A stretch of 64,000 nucleotides of DNA from a bacterium. GTDB lineage: Bacteria; Patescibacteriota; CPR2; UBA1875; JAJYID01. Shown piece after piece: positions 1-10,939 of the stretch; positions within the stretch are counted from its first letter, which is position 1, and every line of letters starts with the position of its first letter. Both the position numbers and the translations under genes were made by a program. The stretch covers positions 177,112 to 241,111 of the forward strand of contig JAUSJO010000002.1 in the NCBI GenBank assembly GCA_030647205.1. The letters run 5' to 3'. The notes below the pieces were generated by a model. It was not told the origin of the DNA. It did no database searches and worked only from the letters and a program-made list of their open reading frames with translations.

Positions 1-2
1 CT

Positions 3-1520
3 ATCACATTGGTTCTGATTCTTGCTGGGCTTGTAGCCGGCGGGGCCGGGGGATATTATGGCCGGAAAATGAAATCCCAGGACGCGCTTGAAAAGTCACA
101 GAAAGAAGCGGACAAGATAAAGAACGAAGCAAAAGAGGAAGCAAAAGAAGAGCTCCTAAAAGCTAAGGAAGAAGCGCTAAAGACCAAGGAAGAAGCAAAG
201 AAAGAGGAAAAAGAAAGGCGCGATGCCATTGCTCAGGGGGAGAAGAGAAACATTGAAAAAGAAAATGTTTTAGATGAGAGAACGAAGAAACTGGACGAAA
301 CTCGTGAAAAAGTCGAAAAGGATAAGGACGAAGTAGAAGCGGTCAAAAATGAGCTCCGTGACATCAGAAAAAAACAAATGGCAGCACTTGAGAAAATATC
401 AAAACTGACTACCGATAAGGCAAAAGAAAAACTCCTTGAGATAGTTGAGAAGGATTACAAAAAAGATGTTCTCGACTTTATCAAAAAAATTGAGGCAGAG
501 AAAAAAGAAGAGGCAGATAAAAAGGCGCGAGAAATTCTTTCAACTGCTATCCAAAGACTTGCCGGCGATATGACATCAGAGACGACTGTAACTGCCGTGG
601 CTCTTCCAAACGATGAGATGAAAGGTAGAATTATCGGTCGTGAAGGGCGAAATATTCAAGCCATCGAGAGAGCGACCGGTTGTGACATTATCGTTGATGA
701 TACCCCGGAAACTATTGTTATATCCGGGTTTGATCCGGTAAGGCGCCATGTGGCAAAAAGAGCCATTGAGGCAATGATGAAAGACGGTAGAATTCACCCG
801 ACAAAGATTGAAGAAGCAGTAGATAAAGCGCAGAAAGAAATCGATAAAGAAATCAAGGAAGCCGGTGAACAAGCCGTTTACAAAACGGGAGTGGCAGGCC
901 TTCCTTCAGATCTAGTGAAGGTTTTGGGTCGGTTAAAGTTCAGAACGTCATACGGACAGAACGTGCTTCAGCACTCAATGGAATGTTCATTCCTTGCGGG
1001 GACGTTAGCAAGCGAGCTTGGTGCGGACGTAAACCTAGCTAAAAAGGCAGGTCTTCTTCATGACATTGGTAAAGCGGTAGACCAGGAAATAGAAGGTTCT
1101 CATGCGATAATCGGTCGTGATATTGCCAAGAAGTTTGGTTTGGATGAAAAAATAATCAACTGTATTGAGGCTCATCACGAAGAGGCAGAGTTTAAGTCCG
1201 TCGAAGCGATTATTGTCCAGGTTGCGGATACTATTTCCGGCGGAAGACCCGGAGCAAGACGCGACACGATGGAAGCTTATATCAAGCGTCTTACCGAGCT
1301 TGAAAACATTGCAAACTCGTTTGAAGGTGTTGAAAAGTCATTCGCTATTCAGGCAGGACGTGAGGTCAGGGTGCTTGTATCACCAGAAACTCTTGATGAT
1401 CTTAAGGCCGAGAAACTAGCTAAAGAAATTGCCACAAAGATAGAGAAAGACCTGAAGTATCCAGGGCAAATAAAAGTTAATGTAATAAGGGAAAAGAGAA
1501 TAACCGAGTACGCAAAGTAG
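3..1520 (+). CDS. rny: Ribonuclease Y (5' end probably truncated by window edge)
   Basis: N-terminal TM, coiled coil, KH motif [14 protein letters not shown] motif LLHDIGK; frame open from base 3. Confidence 0.97.
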   Translation: MTLVLILAGLVAGGAGGYYGRKMKSQDALEKSQKEADKIKNEAKEEAKEELLKAKEEALKTKEEAKKEEKERRDAIAQGEKRNIEKENVLDERTKKLDETREKVEKDKDEVEAVKNELRDIRKKQMAALEKISKLTTDKAKEKLLEIVEKDYKKDVLDFIKKIEAEKKEEADKKAREILSTAIQRLAGDMTSETTVTAVALPNDEMKGRIIGREGRNIQAIERATGCDIIVDDTPETIVISGFDPVRRHVAKRAIEAMMKDGRIHPTKIEEAVDKAQKEIDKEIKEAGEQAVYKTGVAGLPSDLVKVLGRLKFRTSYGQNVLQHSMECSFLAGTLASELGADVNLAKKAGLLHDIGKAVDQEIEGSHAIIGRDIAKKFGLDEKIINCIEAHHEEAEFKSVEAIIVQVADTISGGRPGARRDTMEAYIKRLTELENIANSFEGVEKSFAIQAGREVRVLVSPETLDDLKAEKLAKEIATKIEKDLKYPGQIKVNVIREKRITEYAK

Positions 1521-1523
1521 GAT

Positions 1524-2324
1524 ATGGCTACCAAGAAGATAATTAAAATTCTTTTTATTGCTGACATTGTCGGTAAGCCCGGCAGAAGAACAGTAAAACA
1601 AATTCTACCCGATCTGAGGGAAGAAGAAGGGATAGATTTTGTCGTTGCCAATGGTGAAAACATGACATCGGGTCATGGGATGACAAAAGGATGTATGGAC
1701 GAACTGCTGGAAGTAGGGGTAGACTTCTTCACCTCGGGAAATCATATTTGGAAAAAACCGGAGTTTTTTACCGAACTTGAGAAGAAAGAAACTCCCGTTG
1801 TAAGGCCCGCTAACTATCCAGAAGATTCTCCCGGAGTAGGCTACAAAATAGTCAAAACAAAGTTTGGTAAACTTTTGATCGTAAATCTACTGGGCCGTGA
1901 GGGCATAAACTCTAATGTTGAGTCGCCATTTAAAACCATTGACGAGATACTTGAAAAAACAAAAGGGAAATACGATCTTTCACTAGTGGACTTTCACGCT
2001 GAAGTGACAAGTGAGAAAGTAGCGTTTGGTCTCTACCTTGATGGTCGGGTCAACGTGGTGGTTGGTACACATACTCATGTTCCAACAGCAGATGCAAGAA
2101 TTTTAAAAAAAGGCACGGCGTATATTTCAGATGCGGGAATGACAGGTCCGATAGAATCTGTCTTAGGGGTAAGAGCAGATATTATTATTGAGCTCTTTAC
2201 AACCGGGATTCCTCAGAAGTTTTATCATGAGACTGAAGGCCCATGCGTTTTTAACTCAGTGATAGTTGAACTTGAAAAAAAAGGGAAGATAATCCAGATT
2301 CGGCGTATTGATAAAGAAATCTAA
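1524..2324 (+). CDS. ymdB: YmdB-family metallophosphoesterase (TIGR00282-like)
   Basis: DIVGKPG, NGEN, TSGNH, DFHAE, GTHTH motifs; follows rny as in the conserved operon. Confidence 0.93.
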   Translation: MATKKIIKILFIADIVGKPGRRTVKQILPDLREEEGIDFVVANGENMTSGHGMTKGCMDELLEVGVDFFTSGNHIWKKPEFFTELEKKETPVVRPANYPEDSPGVGYKIVKTKFGKLLIVNLLGREGINSNVESPFKTIDEILEKTKGKYDLSLVDFHAEVTSEKVAFGLYLDGRVNVVVGTHTHVPTADARILKKGTAYISDAGMTGPIESVLGVRADIIIELFTTGIPQKFYHETEGPCVFNSVIVELEKKGKIIQIRRIDKEI

Positions 2325-2422
2325 GCTTATGGTTGCATGGCAATTTAATGTATGTTATAAATTTTACTACTGTGTAAATTAAATATAATTAAACAGCCTC
2401 TTTAAGGGGGATAGGAGAAAAA

Positions 2423-2695
2423 ATGACAAAACACGATTTAGTAGAATCTCTTTCAAAAGAGACCGGTTACTCAAAAAAAGAAGTTGAAGCTTGCTTGAAG
2501 ACACTGACAAGCATTATTACCGATAAGGTAAGAAACGGCGAGAAAGTTGCCATTACCGGATTTGGTACATTTGATCTTGGGAAGCGCGCTTCAAGACGAG
2601 GCAGAAACCCTCAAAACGGTGACTACATTACAATTCCGGAGATGAAAATGCCAAGATTTCGAGCCGGTAAAAACCTCAAGGAAGCTGTAAGATAA
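2423..2695 (+). CDS. hup: HU family DNA-binding protein
   Basis: MTKHDLV...GFGTF...RRGRNPQNG...PRFRAGKNLKEAV; SD AGGAG upstream. Confidence 0.95.
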   Translation: MTKHDLVESLSKETGYSKKEVEACLKTLTSIITDKVRNGEKVAITGFGTFDLGKRASRRGRNPQNGDYITIPEMKMPRFRAGKNLKEAVR

Positions 2696-2710
2696 AATTC
2701 GTGTTAAAAT

Positions 2711-2742
2711 AAAAAATGAGTGCCAAGTGCACTCTTTTTTTA
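2711..2742. terminator. Intrinsic terminator between hup and convergent tRNA-Pro
   Basis: A-tract GAGTGC-caagt-GCACTC T-tract. Confidence 0.7.
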
Positions 2743-2743
2743 T

Positions 2744-2820
2744 TGGTCGGGGTGAGAGGACTCGAACCTCCGGCCTCCTGCTCCCAAAGCAGGCGCGCTA
2801 GCCAACTGCGCCACACCCCG
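2744..2820 (-). tRNA. tRNA-Pro(TGG)
   Basis: Reverse complement CGGGGTG...CCTGC-TT-TGG-GA-GCAGG...GTTCGAGTC...CACCCCGACCA. Confidence 0.97.
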
Positions 2821-2949
2821 TTTATCTAGGATATTATACCCCAAAAACAAGTTTTTCTAAAGTAGATTTGTGTTGTAAATTGATATAGAAAAAGATATTG
2901 TTTATTGATAGACTAATGTCTGAGATTTTAGTTAAATAGCCATACAAAT

Positions 2950-3579
2950 ATGGATTTCTATAACTTTATTGTAAGTTTCAAATACGTAGCAATCTTTATC
3001 GGCACTTTTATAGAAGGTCCGACAGTTGGTTTGATAGTGGGTTTTCTTTCAAGGGTTCACTACATTAACCTGACATTGGGTTATTTCTCCCATGTTGCCG
3101 GTGATTTGGCGGCTGATCTTGTGTACTATACAATCGGCTATTTTGGCGGAGTTAGAATTGTGCCTAGGATGGCCAGGATCCTAAGGTTTTCAGTTAAGGA
3201 TGTCGAAAATATCGAAGAATCCTTTGATAAACATAGTAAAAAGGTCATAATTTTAGGTAAAGTAACTCATGTGATCGGCCTCCCTATTTTAATAGCTGCC
3301 GGTGGTGTGCGATATAAATGGTATAAATTTATTATCTTTGACCTTATTGCCACCTTGATTAAGTCAGCAATACTTGTTTTCATCGGATATCATTTTGGAG
3401 GCTTATGGGAAAAGGCGGATAACATTATATTTATTTTTTCAGGCATCGGTTTAATAATAGTGATTGGACAGGTCAGCATATTACTTATTAGAAGGTTCAT
3501 CAAAATAAAGAATGGGGATATTAAGATAGATGGTGCAGAAGAGGAGAAGCTGTTTAAAAAATGGAGGAAAAGAAAATAA
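2950..3579 (+). CDS. DedA/VTT family membrane protein
   Basis: FIEGP, GDLAADLVYYTIG, hydrophobic helices. Confidence 0.8.
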   Translation: MDFYNFIVSFKYVAIFIGTFIEGPTVGLIVGFLSRVHYINLTLGYFSHVAGDLAADLVYYTIGYFGGVRIVPRMARILRFSVKDVENIEESFDKHSKKVIILGKVTHVIGLPILIAAGGVRYKWYKFIIFDLIATLIKSAILVFIGYHFGGLWEKADNIIFIFSGIGLIIVIGQVSILLIRRFIKIKNGDIKIDGAEEEKLFKKWRKRK

Positions 3580-4772
3580 GGATTTTAATCGCTAACGAAA
3601 CATATCCCCCTAATCTCAATGGATGCGCGGTTTTTACTCAACGTTTAGCACAAAACTTAGCAAAAAGAGGTCATGAAGTTGCTGTTGTCGCTCCTGGTCT
3701 AAAGTTTGGCGATTATTTAGAAAAAGATCAATACGGCGTCAATGTTTACGGGTTGCGCTCAATCTCTGTAAAAATGATTCATCCTAATTATAGGATTGTG
3801 ACTAAAGTGGATATTACTAAATCTGTTAGAAAGATAATAGCCAAATTCCAGCCAGACATAATCCACATACAAAATCATTTTCTAGTTGGCAGATCTTGTC
3901 TGAAGATTGCCAAAAAACAAGGGATTGCAATAGTAGGTACTAACCATTTTATGCCCGAAAATTATCTTCAATTTGCACCCAAGGCTACGGAAGGAACAAT
4001 GGCTAAAGTTTTATGGGCTGATTTCTTTAAGGTTTATAACCAGCTTGATTGTGTTACCGCTCCATCGCGCGCAGCCGTTCAGATGCTATACGATGTAGGG
4101 TATAAGAAAAAGGCAGAAGTTGTTTCAAATGGCATGGAGTTTGATAAATTCAAAAAAAGACCAACAAGCGGGAAACTTTTAAAAAAGTATAAACTAGATC
4201 AGGATATACCTACATTTATCTCTGTTGGAAGGATTGAAAAAGATAAAAATTTAGATGTGATACTCGGAGCCTTTGCTCTTTATCTTGAAAAGAATGATGG
4301 GCAGTTAATACTTGTCGGTAATGGGAAGCTTGAAAAAGATCTAAAGAAGCTGTCTGTGGCTTTAGGTGTTAAGGAGAAAGTTGTTTTTACTGGTAAAATT
4401 ACCGTTGATGAAGTATTTGAAGTTTATTCTTTGGCAGATGTATATATTGGGGCCGGAACGGCAGAGCTTCAGGGACTATCGGTGATGGAGGCAATGGCGT
4501 CGGGACTTCCTATACTTGTGGTAAATGCCGTTGCGCTTCCCGAACTTGTTAAGGATGGGGCAAATGGATATCTTTTCGAACTTAGTGTAGCGGATTTAGC
4601 AGAAAAAATGGGGGAAATCTTAGAGGATAAGGTAAAAATCAAGGAAATGGGCGCAAAAAGTTTGGAGATTATCGGTGCACACGATATGGCTAATACGATT
4701 GGCAAGTTTGAGAGGATTTACGAAAAGGTTATTAAAGAAAAGAAAAAATCTTATCCAAACTCAAGGAAGTAA
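3561..4772 (+). CDS. GT4 glycosyltransferase (glycolipid synthase-like)
   Basis: ETYPPNLNG, VGRIEKDKN, ELQGLSVMEAMASGLP. Confidence 0.9.
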   Translation: MEEKKIRILIANETYPPNLNGCAVFTQRLAQNLAKRGHEVAVVAPGLKFGDYLEKDQYGVNVYGLRSISVKMIHPNYRIVTKVDITKSVRKIIAKFQPDIIHIQNHFLVGRSCLKIAKKQGIAIVGTNHFMPENYLQFAPKATEGTMAKVLWADFFKVYNQLDCVTAPSRAAVQMLYDVGYKKKAEVVSNGMEFDKFKKRPTSGKLLKKYKLDQDIPTFISVGRIEKDKNLDVILGAFALYLEKNDGQLILVGNGKLEKDLKKLSVALGVKEKVVFTGKITVDEVFEVYSLADVYIGAGTAELQGLSVMEAMASGLPILVVNAVALPELVKDGANGYLFELSVADLAEKMGEILEDKVKIKEMGAKSLEIIGAHDMANTIGKFERIYEKVIKEKKKSYPNSRK

Positions 4773-4923
4773 TCTTAATTGTAAAAACAATTAGTCAAAT
4801 TCACTCTACCTCCTGATAGGCATTGTATGGCAAGACCTTTGTGCTATAATTTTATTAGGTTATAAGCAAAAAAAGCGGGGGTTTATTGTAGTAAAGAATT
4901 CATCTAATAAAAGACCAGAAAAA

Positions 4924-7900
4924 GTGGGGCCTTTCAAGTTTTTGAGTTGGATTAGGTTTCATACTACTTTTTATTTGCACATGAAAGCTCACAAAATGAC
5001 TTGGTATAAAGAGTGGCATCAGGGTCGTTTACACCATCATTTCCATATTGCTATGCTTGCGTTTTACGCCGCCAGTATCTTTTTTGGTTTACTCGGTGTC
5101 TTTATCTCGGTTACACCAAAAAATGCTCTAGCTTCTACAAATTATGAATGGAACCTTAATACACCGTCTGAATATACCTATAATCCTAGCTATATCCAAT
5201 TTAATAGTGGAGTAGCCCAATCAACGGGGTATTCTGATCTTAAGATATATGCTTACGACATGTATTGTACAGATGTAAGCACATGTTTTTTGCTTGGTGA
5301 TTATGGAGGAGGCAAGTTATACAAGACTACAGATGGTGGAGAAAATTGGGTTTCAAAGAACCCAGGAACCACGCAAAGTTTACTGAGTGCCTATTTTGCC
5401 AATGCAAATGTTGGTTATATTGCTGCAACTAACGCCACAATTACAAAAACAACAAACGGTGGGAATAACTGGTCAGCTCCCCAGACCATGCCGCCTGAGG
5501 CAACAGGACGGAGCATCTATGGTATCTACTGCAAAGATCCGGAAGGGGGAACACCCGGAGATAACTGTTATGCAGTTGGTGGAAATGGTACTACCGGCCA
5601 AAGTATTATTTTAAGGACCACGAACGGAGGAACAACATGGACCGCACAAGCTCACGAAACAGCGGGCTATACCTATTTGGATGGTATTTTCTGTACAGAC
5701 TCTAATACTTGTTATGCGGCAGGGCATAGTGGTAAGCTCTTAAAAACTACTGACGGTGGCACAACTTGGGTAGCCCAAACATCAAATACGACAAACTCTC
5801 TTTTCCGGGCTTACTGTACCGATAGTAATACTTGCTACATGTCCGGAAGTGGTGGAACAATTTTAAAAACTACTGACGGAGGATCAAACTGGGTCGTGCT
5901 GGACTCGGGTAATCCGACTGCCCTTTTTAGGGATATTCAGTTTACAGACAGCCAAACAGGTTATGCAGTAGGATATATTGGAACGAACGGTCTTATTGTA
6001 AAAACTACTGACGGTGGGGCTACCTGGGCAACAAGTTGGACAGTTCCGGCGTCTTTATCTTACTTATATGGTATAAGTTGTCCTTCTGCCAATGTCTGCT
6101 ATATTGGAGGTTTTAATCAAGTAAAAACGGTAAATGCCGGTTCGAGCTGGACACCCATAATCTATCAACCAATACCCACCATCGTTCCTAACACGAGTCA
6201 AGATTTCACTGATTTGGCTGGATTTAAGGAAACATTAGGTGTTGGGAACGTAGGCACTATTCATTATCAAATTTCAAACAATGATGGAGCAACATGGTAT
6301 TGGTATAATAGTCAAAGCTCTGCCTGGGAAATCGCATATGATAGTTATTATCAAAATACAGCCGCAGAGATAAATAGCAACATCACAACTTTTACCGGTA
6401 ATTATGGAGGAGGTACCGGAAAGTTCAAGTGGAAAGCAGTATTTTATTTAGCGAGCGGAGGAGATCAAATGAAGCTTGATAGTGTCCAATTATCTCTCAA
6501 GGGTAATACTCCAAATAAACCTGAGTCACTTACTATTTCAGATGTGTCCAATAGGGATAAAGATGTTTGGGCACTTGCGCTTTCTTGGGATTCGCCACTT
6601 CCTGGGGCAGGAGAAATTAACTTTTTCAAAATAGAACGTTCTGATAATGGCGGACCTTGGACAGAAGTCGGCACAACAAACGATGGAACAAAAAGAGCTT
6701 ATGCAGAAGTTGTCCCAAGCTCGGAAGCCACATATTCTTATAGGGTGAGGTCGGTTGACCATGACGAAGTGGGAGGAATCTATAATGACGAATCTGAGCC
6801 ATCAAATGTTGTATCAATGATGCCTACAGGAAAGTATTCCAGTTTGCCATCCTTAATCGGTACGCCAACCACGACTACAACTGCAACATCTGCTAACATA
6901 AGCTGGTCAACGGACAGGGTGTCTTCTTCAACAGTAAAATATAGTACGGATACGAGTTATACTTTTATCGCCAGCAGTCCGCAGGTTGAAGTAACTTCTC
7001 ATGCGGTTTCGCTTAAAGGTTTGTTACCGGGAACAACCTATCATTATAAGCTTCAGTCACTTGATACTGAAAGGACCTACGGAACCGATGTTTACTATAC
7101 TGGTGAATATACTTTAACAACCCCATCTGCAACTGAAATATCCGGCTTAAAAATTTATGATATTCTCTCTGGCAGCGCCCTTGTTTCTTGGCAGACAAGC
7201 ACTGATATGGCGACTATCCTTTATTATGGAAAAGACAATAGCTATGGTACAACCATTGAGGCAAATAGCGGCACAAATCATGTAGCGAAGCTGATAGGAC
7301 TTCAAGATAACACCACCTACCATTTAAAAGTGAGCGGGACGGATGCCGGGGGTAATGCTATCCATTCAGATGACTACTCCTTCGAGACCTTGGCTTTGCC
7401 TAAAGCGACAAACATTGACTTTCAGGAGCTCAGAGATAGGCCTTCTTCAACTATAAAAATCACCTGGGAAACAAACATACCCACTTCCTCAGTGGTTGAG
7501 TATTCGGAGTCCGGAGGTAAACCTCAGGAAGTATCCGCTTATCAGCTTGTCACAAAACATGAGATGGTTGCATCGGGGCTAAAGGATAAAGATGAGTATA
7601 CTATGACCATAAAAGGACGTGATGCGTTCGGTAATGAGGTTACAACCTCGCCCCAAAAAGTAAAAACAGATATTGATGCAAGGCCGCCCGAGATTTCAGA
7701 AATCACTACAGAAACATCTATTGATGGTTATGGATCTGGCGCCAAGGCTCAGATGATTGTTTCTTGGTCTACTGATGAACCGGCGACATCACAAGTTGAG
7801 TACTCAAAAGGAGATGACGGAAAAAATCTAAGTATGGTAACTCAGGAAGACCCTTCTCTTACTACTTCTCATGCGGTAGTGATTTCCGGTCTTGAGCCAT

Positions 7901-8070
7901 CGACCTCTTATTATTTTCGTATAGTTACCAAGGATAGATCTACAAATGAGACAAAGTCAGAACTTAAGTCAGCCTTGACCGATCAAATTCGTCTTTCTAT
8001 TTTTGATATTATGTTGAAATCATTTGAGTCAACTTTGGGCTGGCTTTTTGGGGTTCAGAGTATTAACTAA
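4924..8070 (+). CDS. Large surface protein: His/Trp-rich leader + TM, BNR/Ycf48-like beta-propeller, C-terminal FN3 repeats
   Basis: Repeated Asp-boxes KTTDGGxTW; FN3 motifs (GLxPxTxYxY); termini paralogous to 10940..15730. Confidence 0.8.
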   Translation: MGPFKFLSWIRFHTTFYLHMKAHKMTWYKEWHQGRLHHHFHIAMLAFYAASIFFGLLGVFISVTPKNALASTNYEWNLNTPSEYTYNPSYIQFNSGVAQSTGYSDLKIYAYDMYCTDVSTCFLLGDYGGGKLYKTTDGGENWVSKNPGTTQSLLSAYFANANVGYIAATNATITKTTNGGNNWSAPQTMPPEATGRSIYGIYCKDPEGGTPGDNCYAVGGNGTTGQSIILRTTNGGTTWTAQAHETAGYTYLDGIFCTDSNTCYAAGHSGKLLKTTDGGTTWVAQTSNTTNSLFRAYCTDSNTCYMSGSGGTILKTTDGGSNWVVLDSGNPTALFRDIQFTDSQTGYAVGYIGTNGLIVKTTDGGATWATSWTVPASLSYLYGISCPSANVCYIGGFNQVKTVNAGSSWTPIIYQPIPTIVPNTSQDFTDLAGFKETLGVGNVGTIHYQISNNDGATWYWYNSQSSAWEIAYDSYYQNTAAEINSNITTFTGNYGGGTGKFKWKAVFYLASGGDQMKLDSVQLSLKGNTPNKPESLTISDVSNRDKDVWALALSWDSPLPGAGEINFFKIERSDNGGPWTEVGTTNDGTKRAYAEVVPSSEATYSYRVRSVDHDEVGGIYNDESEPSNVVSMMPTGKYSSLPSLIGTPTTTTTATSANISWSTDRVSSSTVKYSTDTSYTFIASSPQVEVTSHAVSLKGLLPGTTYHYKLQSLDTERTYGTDVYYTGEYTLTTPSATEISGLKIYDILSGSALVSWQTSTDMATILYYGKDNSYGTTIEANSGTNHVAKLIGLQDNTTYHLKVSGTDAGGNAIHSDDYSFETLALPKATNIDFQELRDRPSSTIKITWETNIPTSSVVEYSESGGKPQEVSAYQLVTKHEMVASGLKDKDEYTMTIKGRDAFGNEVTTSPQKVKTDIDARPPEISEITTETSIDGYGSGAKAQMIVSWSTDEPATSQVEYSKGDDGKNLSMVTQEDPSLTTSHAVVISGLEPSTSYYFRIVTKDRSTNETKSELKSALTDQIRLSIFDIMLKSFESTLGWLFGVQSIN

Positions 8071-8095
8071 AAAGTATTTTTAAGGATACAAAAAC

Positions 8096-10057
8096 ATGTC
8101 AGATAAAGAACCACTGCTAATAGTTAAGAACATCAAAAAAAGATTCCTTGTTGGTAAAAGGGAAGTAAATGTTTTAAAGGGGGTTAATCTTGAGATAGAT
8201 CCCGGTGATTTTATTATAATAATCGGTCCATCAGGAAGCGGGAAAACCACACTTTTAAATACGATATTAGGACTTGAAAAACCCGATGAGGGGGAAATCA
8301 TTATCTCCGGTAAAAATATTTATAGTATGGATGAAGATAAAAGAGCTTATTTCAGGCGGGAAAAATTTGGTGTTGTTTATCAGCAATCGAACTGGATTAA
8401 ATCTCTAAATGTGATAGATAATGTTGCTTTTCCTCTGTCTATATCGGGTTTATCGCCCAAGACGATTAGGCGTAAAGCAAAAGAGATACTTTATCTTTTC
8501 AATTTTGATAAGTTTTCAAAGTATAGGCCGTCAGAACTTTCAGGGGGAGAACAGCAAAAACTTTCTGTTTGTCGAGCGCTTATTTCTGATCCACCCATAA
8601 TTTTAGCTGATGAGCCAACCGGCAATCTTGATTCTATCACAGCGGATGATTTGATGTATGACCTAAGGACCCTCAATGTTGAATCTAAAAAAACTATGAT
8701 TATGGTAACTCATAACCCTGATTATGAGAGATATGCTACAAAATTTGTTTGTATGGAAGATGGGGTTATCAAGAGTGTCAAAGTAAAAAGAAAAAATCTT
8801 TTGCAGACAGAGAAATCGATCAAAAAAACGGTTAACATATCTAAATATAGTTTTTGGATGAAGCTATGGTTTCTTTTAAAGTTATCTTTTAAAAATTTCA
8901 AAAAAAACAAAATGAGAACTCTTCTGACGTCAGGTGGCGTAGCCCTAAGTATTGGTTTTATTGCTTTTTTAGTTTCGCTTAGCTATGGTTTTCAAAATCT
9001 TTCTACGGAGGGGATCAAGAAAATGGAAGCGTTTCAGATGCTAGATGTTGATACGGGAAAATCGAAAATAGCCAATATAGATGATGAAGCTATTAAAAAA
9101 ATCTCAAACATTTTTGGGGTTGAGAAGGTGTATCCTTCAGTAAGTGTCGCCGGCGATTTCACTTTTCATGATAAAAAAATAAATGGGATTATATATGGTA
9201 GAGATATCGAAACCTTGAAAATAGAGAGGCCGAGAATCGTTGCGGGGGAGTCGTTTTCTTCAGATACATCCGAAGAAGTTATCCTAAATATAGTGCTAGC
9301 CAAGAAATTGGGGATGAGTAGTCCTGGCTCAATTGTTGGACAGAACATTGAAGTGAATACGATTATTCGTCCGGAGCTTCTAGAAAATGGCGGGGAAAAC
9401 TTCAAGTCTGATAATAGGCAATACAAAATAGTGGGACTAGTCGAAGAGGGTAACGCTCCGTATGTTTATACTCCTTTGGGGAGTTTGAAAAAAATGGGGA
9501 TTGTCAACTATAGCGAAGCAAAGGTTAAAACAACGACTCCGGACAATATAGATAGGATTAAGTCCCTCATAGAGCGCATGGGTTTCAAGGCAAGCTCAAT
9601 AAAGGATACGGTCGATCAGGCAAATCAGTTTTTTGGTATATTTAGAATGATTTTAGTCGTCTTTGGTATCATTGCAATTGCTGTTTCTTGCGTTGGGATG
9701 TTCAATACTTTGACCATTTCCCTAATCGAAAAAACTCGGGAGATAGGTGTCATGAAATCTATGGGGGCAACAAAGAAAGATGTGAGAAATATTTTTATTC
9801 TTGAAGCTTTATTTGTTGGTGTTATAGGGGGCTTATCGGGGGTGGCTCTTAGCTATCTTTTGGGAGAATTCTTTAATACCAGTATATATGCCCTAGCAAG
9901 ATCAACAGGTAATGAACCGGTTAAAATATTCATCTTTCCGCCGAATCTGCTGATATTCTCAGTGCTTCTGTCTTTGCTAATCAGTATTCTCACGGGTATT
10001 TATCCCGCAAGAAGGGCCTCAAAGATTAGCGCACTGGATGCTCTAAGGTATGAGTAG
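8096..10057 (+). CDS. MacB-like fused ABC ATPase-permease
   Basis: [26 protein letters not shown], FtsX-type permease ending ALRYE. Confidence 0.9.
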   Translation: MSDKEPLLIVKNIKKRFLVGKREVNVLKGVNLEIDPGDFIIIIGPSGSGKTTLLNTILGLEKPDEGEIIISGKNIYSMDEDKRAYFRREKFGVVYQQSNWIKSLNVIDNVAFPLSISGLSPKTIRRKAKEILYLFNFDKFSKYRPSELSGGEQQKLSVCRALISDPPIILADEPTGNLDSITADDLMYDLRTLNVESKKTMIMVTHNPDYERYATKFVCMEDGVIKSVKVKRKNLLQTEKSIKKTVNISKYSFWMKLWFLLKLSFKNFKKNKMRTLLTSGGVALSIGFIAFLVSLSYGFQNLSTEGIKKMEAFQMLDVDTGKSKIANIDDEAIKKISNIFGVEKVYPSVSVAGDFTFHDKKINGIIYGRDIETLKIERPRIVAGESFSSDTSEEVILNIVLAKKLGMSSPGSIVGQNIEVNTIIRPELLENGGENFKSDNRQYKIVGLVEEGNAPYVYTPLGSLKKMGIVNYSEAKVKTTTPDNIDRIKSLIERMGFKASSIKDTVDQANQFFGIFRMILVVFGIIAIAVSCVGMFNTLTISLIEKTREIGVMKSMGATKKDVRNIFILEALFVGVIGGLSGVALSYLLGEFFNTSIYALARSTGNEPVKIFIFPPNLLIFSVLLSLLISILTGIYPARRASKISALDALRYE

Positions 10058-10355
10058 TAAAACAAGCGAAGTTTATAAAGTAGTTTCTGACATTCCCAAA
10101 GGCAAAGTGATGACTTATGGGCAGATTGGGGAAATCTTGAGCATGAATCCGAGACTAGTTGGCAGAATATTACACGAAAATCCGGATCCGGAAACTGTCC
10201 CTTGTCATAGAGTAGTAAACTCACGTGGTGAGGTGGCAGAAAAATATGCATTTGGCGGAGGGGATGCTCAAAGACAGAAGTTAAAGCAAGAAGGCGTTGA
10301 GTTTGTTGGTAACAGAGTAAATATTGAAAAAAGCTTTTACAAAAGAAATCATTGA
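10050..10355 (+). CDS. MGMT/Ogt-family O6-alkylguanine DNA-binding protein
   Basis: IPKGKVMTYGQI, PCHRVV active-site motif. Confidence 0.9.
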   Translation: MSSKTSEVYKVVSDIPKGKVMTYGQIGEILSMNPRLVGRILHENPDPETVPCHRVVNSRGEVAEKYAFGGGDAQRQKLKQEGVEFVGNRVNIEKSFYKRNH

Positions 10356-10380
10356 CTTCGTCAAGAAAAGGGTGTATTAT
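10352..10380 (+). promoter_or_regulatory. sigma70-type promoter for the RRM gene
   Basis: TTGACT-17 nt-TATTAT. Confidence 0.55.
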
Positions 10381-10481
10381 ACGGGGGAACTAGAGAGCTC
10401 GCGATATTTAAGTAGATTTTTTCGAACGGATACCCGGGGGTTTCAAAGGGTTCCGTTTTATTGTTTAAGAAAGGAAAAGCA

Positions 10482-10760
10482 TTGGAAACAGAAGCAAACA
10501 AGCTATATGTCGGAAACCTGCCTTACAGCATGACCGACGAGTCTTTGGCAGAACTTTTCACCTCATTTGGTGAAGTTACCGAAGCAAAAGTCATTTCTGA
10601 CAAGTTTTCCGGTCGTTCAAAAGGCTTTGGTTTCGTAACCATGGCTGATGAGAAAATGGCCGAGAAAGCTATCGCTGAAATGAATGGCAAGGAAGTTGAA
10701 GGACGAGCAATCGTTGTCAACGTTTCAAGACCAAAAGAACCAAGACCAAACAGATACTAA
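10482..10760 (+). CDS. RRM RNA-binding protein
   Basis: KLYVGNL (RNP2), RSKGFGFV (RNP1); TTG start after AAGGA. Confidence 0.93.
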   Translation: METEANKLYVGNLPYSMTDESLAELFTSFGEVTEAKVISDKFSGRSKGFGFVTMADEKMAEKAIAEMNGKEVEGRAIVVNVSRPKEPRPNRY

Positions 10761-10939
10761 GATATCTTTAAAATCTTGATTTAAAAGAAAAATACCTCGA
10801 AAGGGGTATTTTTCTTTTTGGGACTTTTTGTTTTTCATTTATTTTGTTTGTGATATAATTTTTATATACTGTTTAAGGCAAAAGAAGGGAGGGTTGGATC
10901 GAGCCAAAGAAATCCCTTAGAAAAAGTAGGAAGATATCT

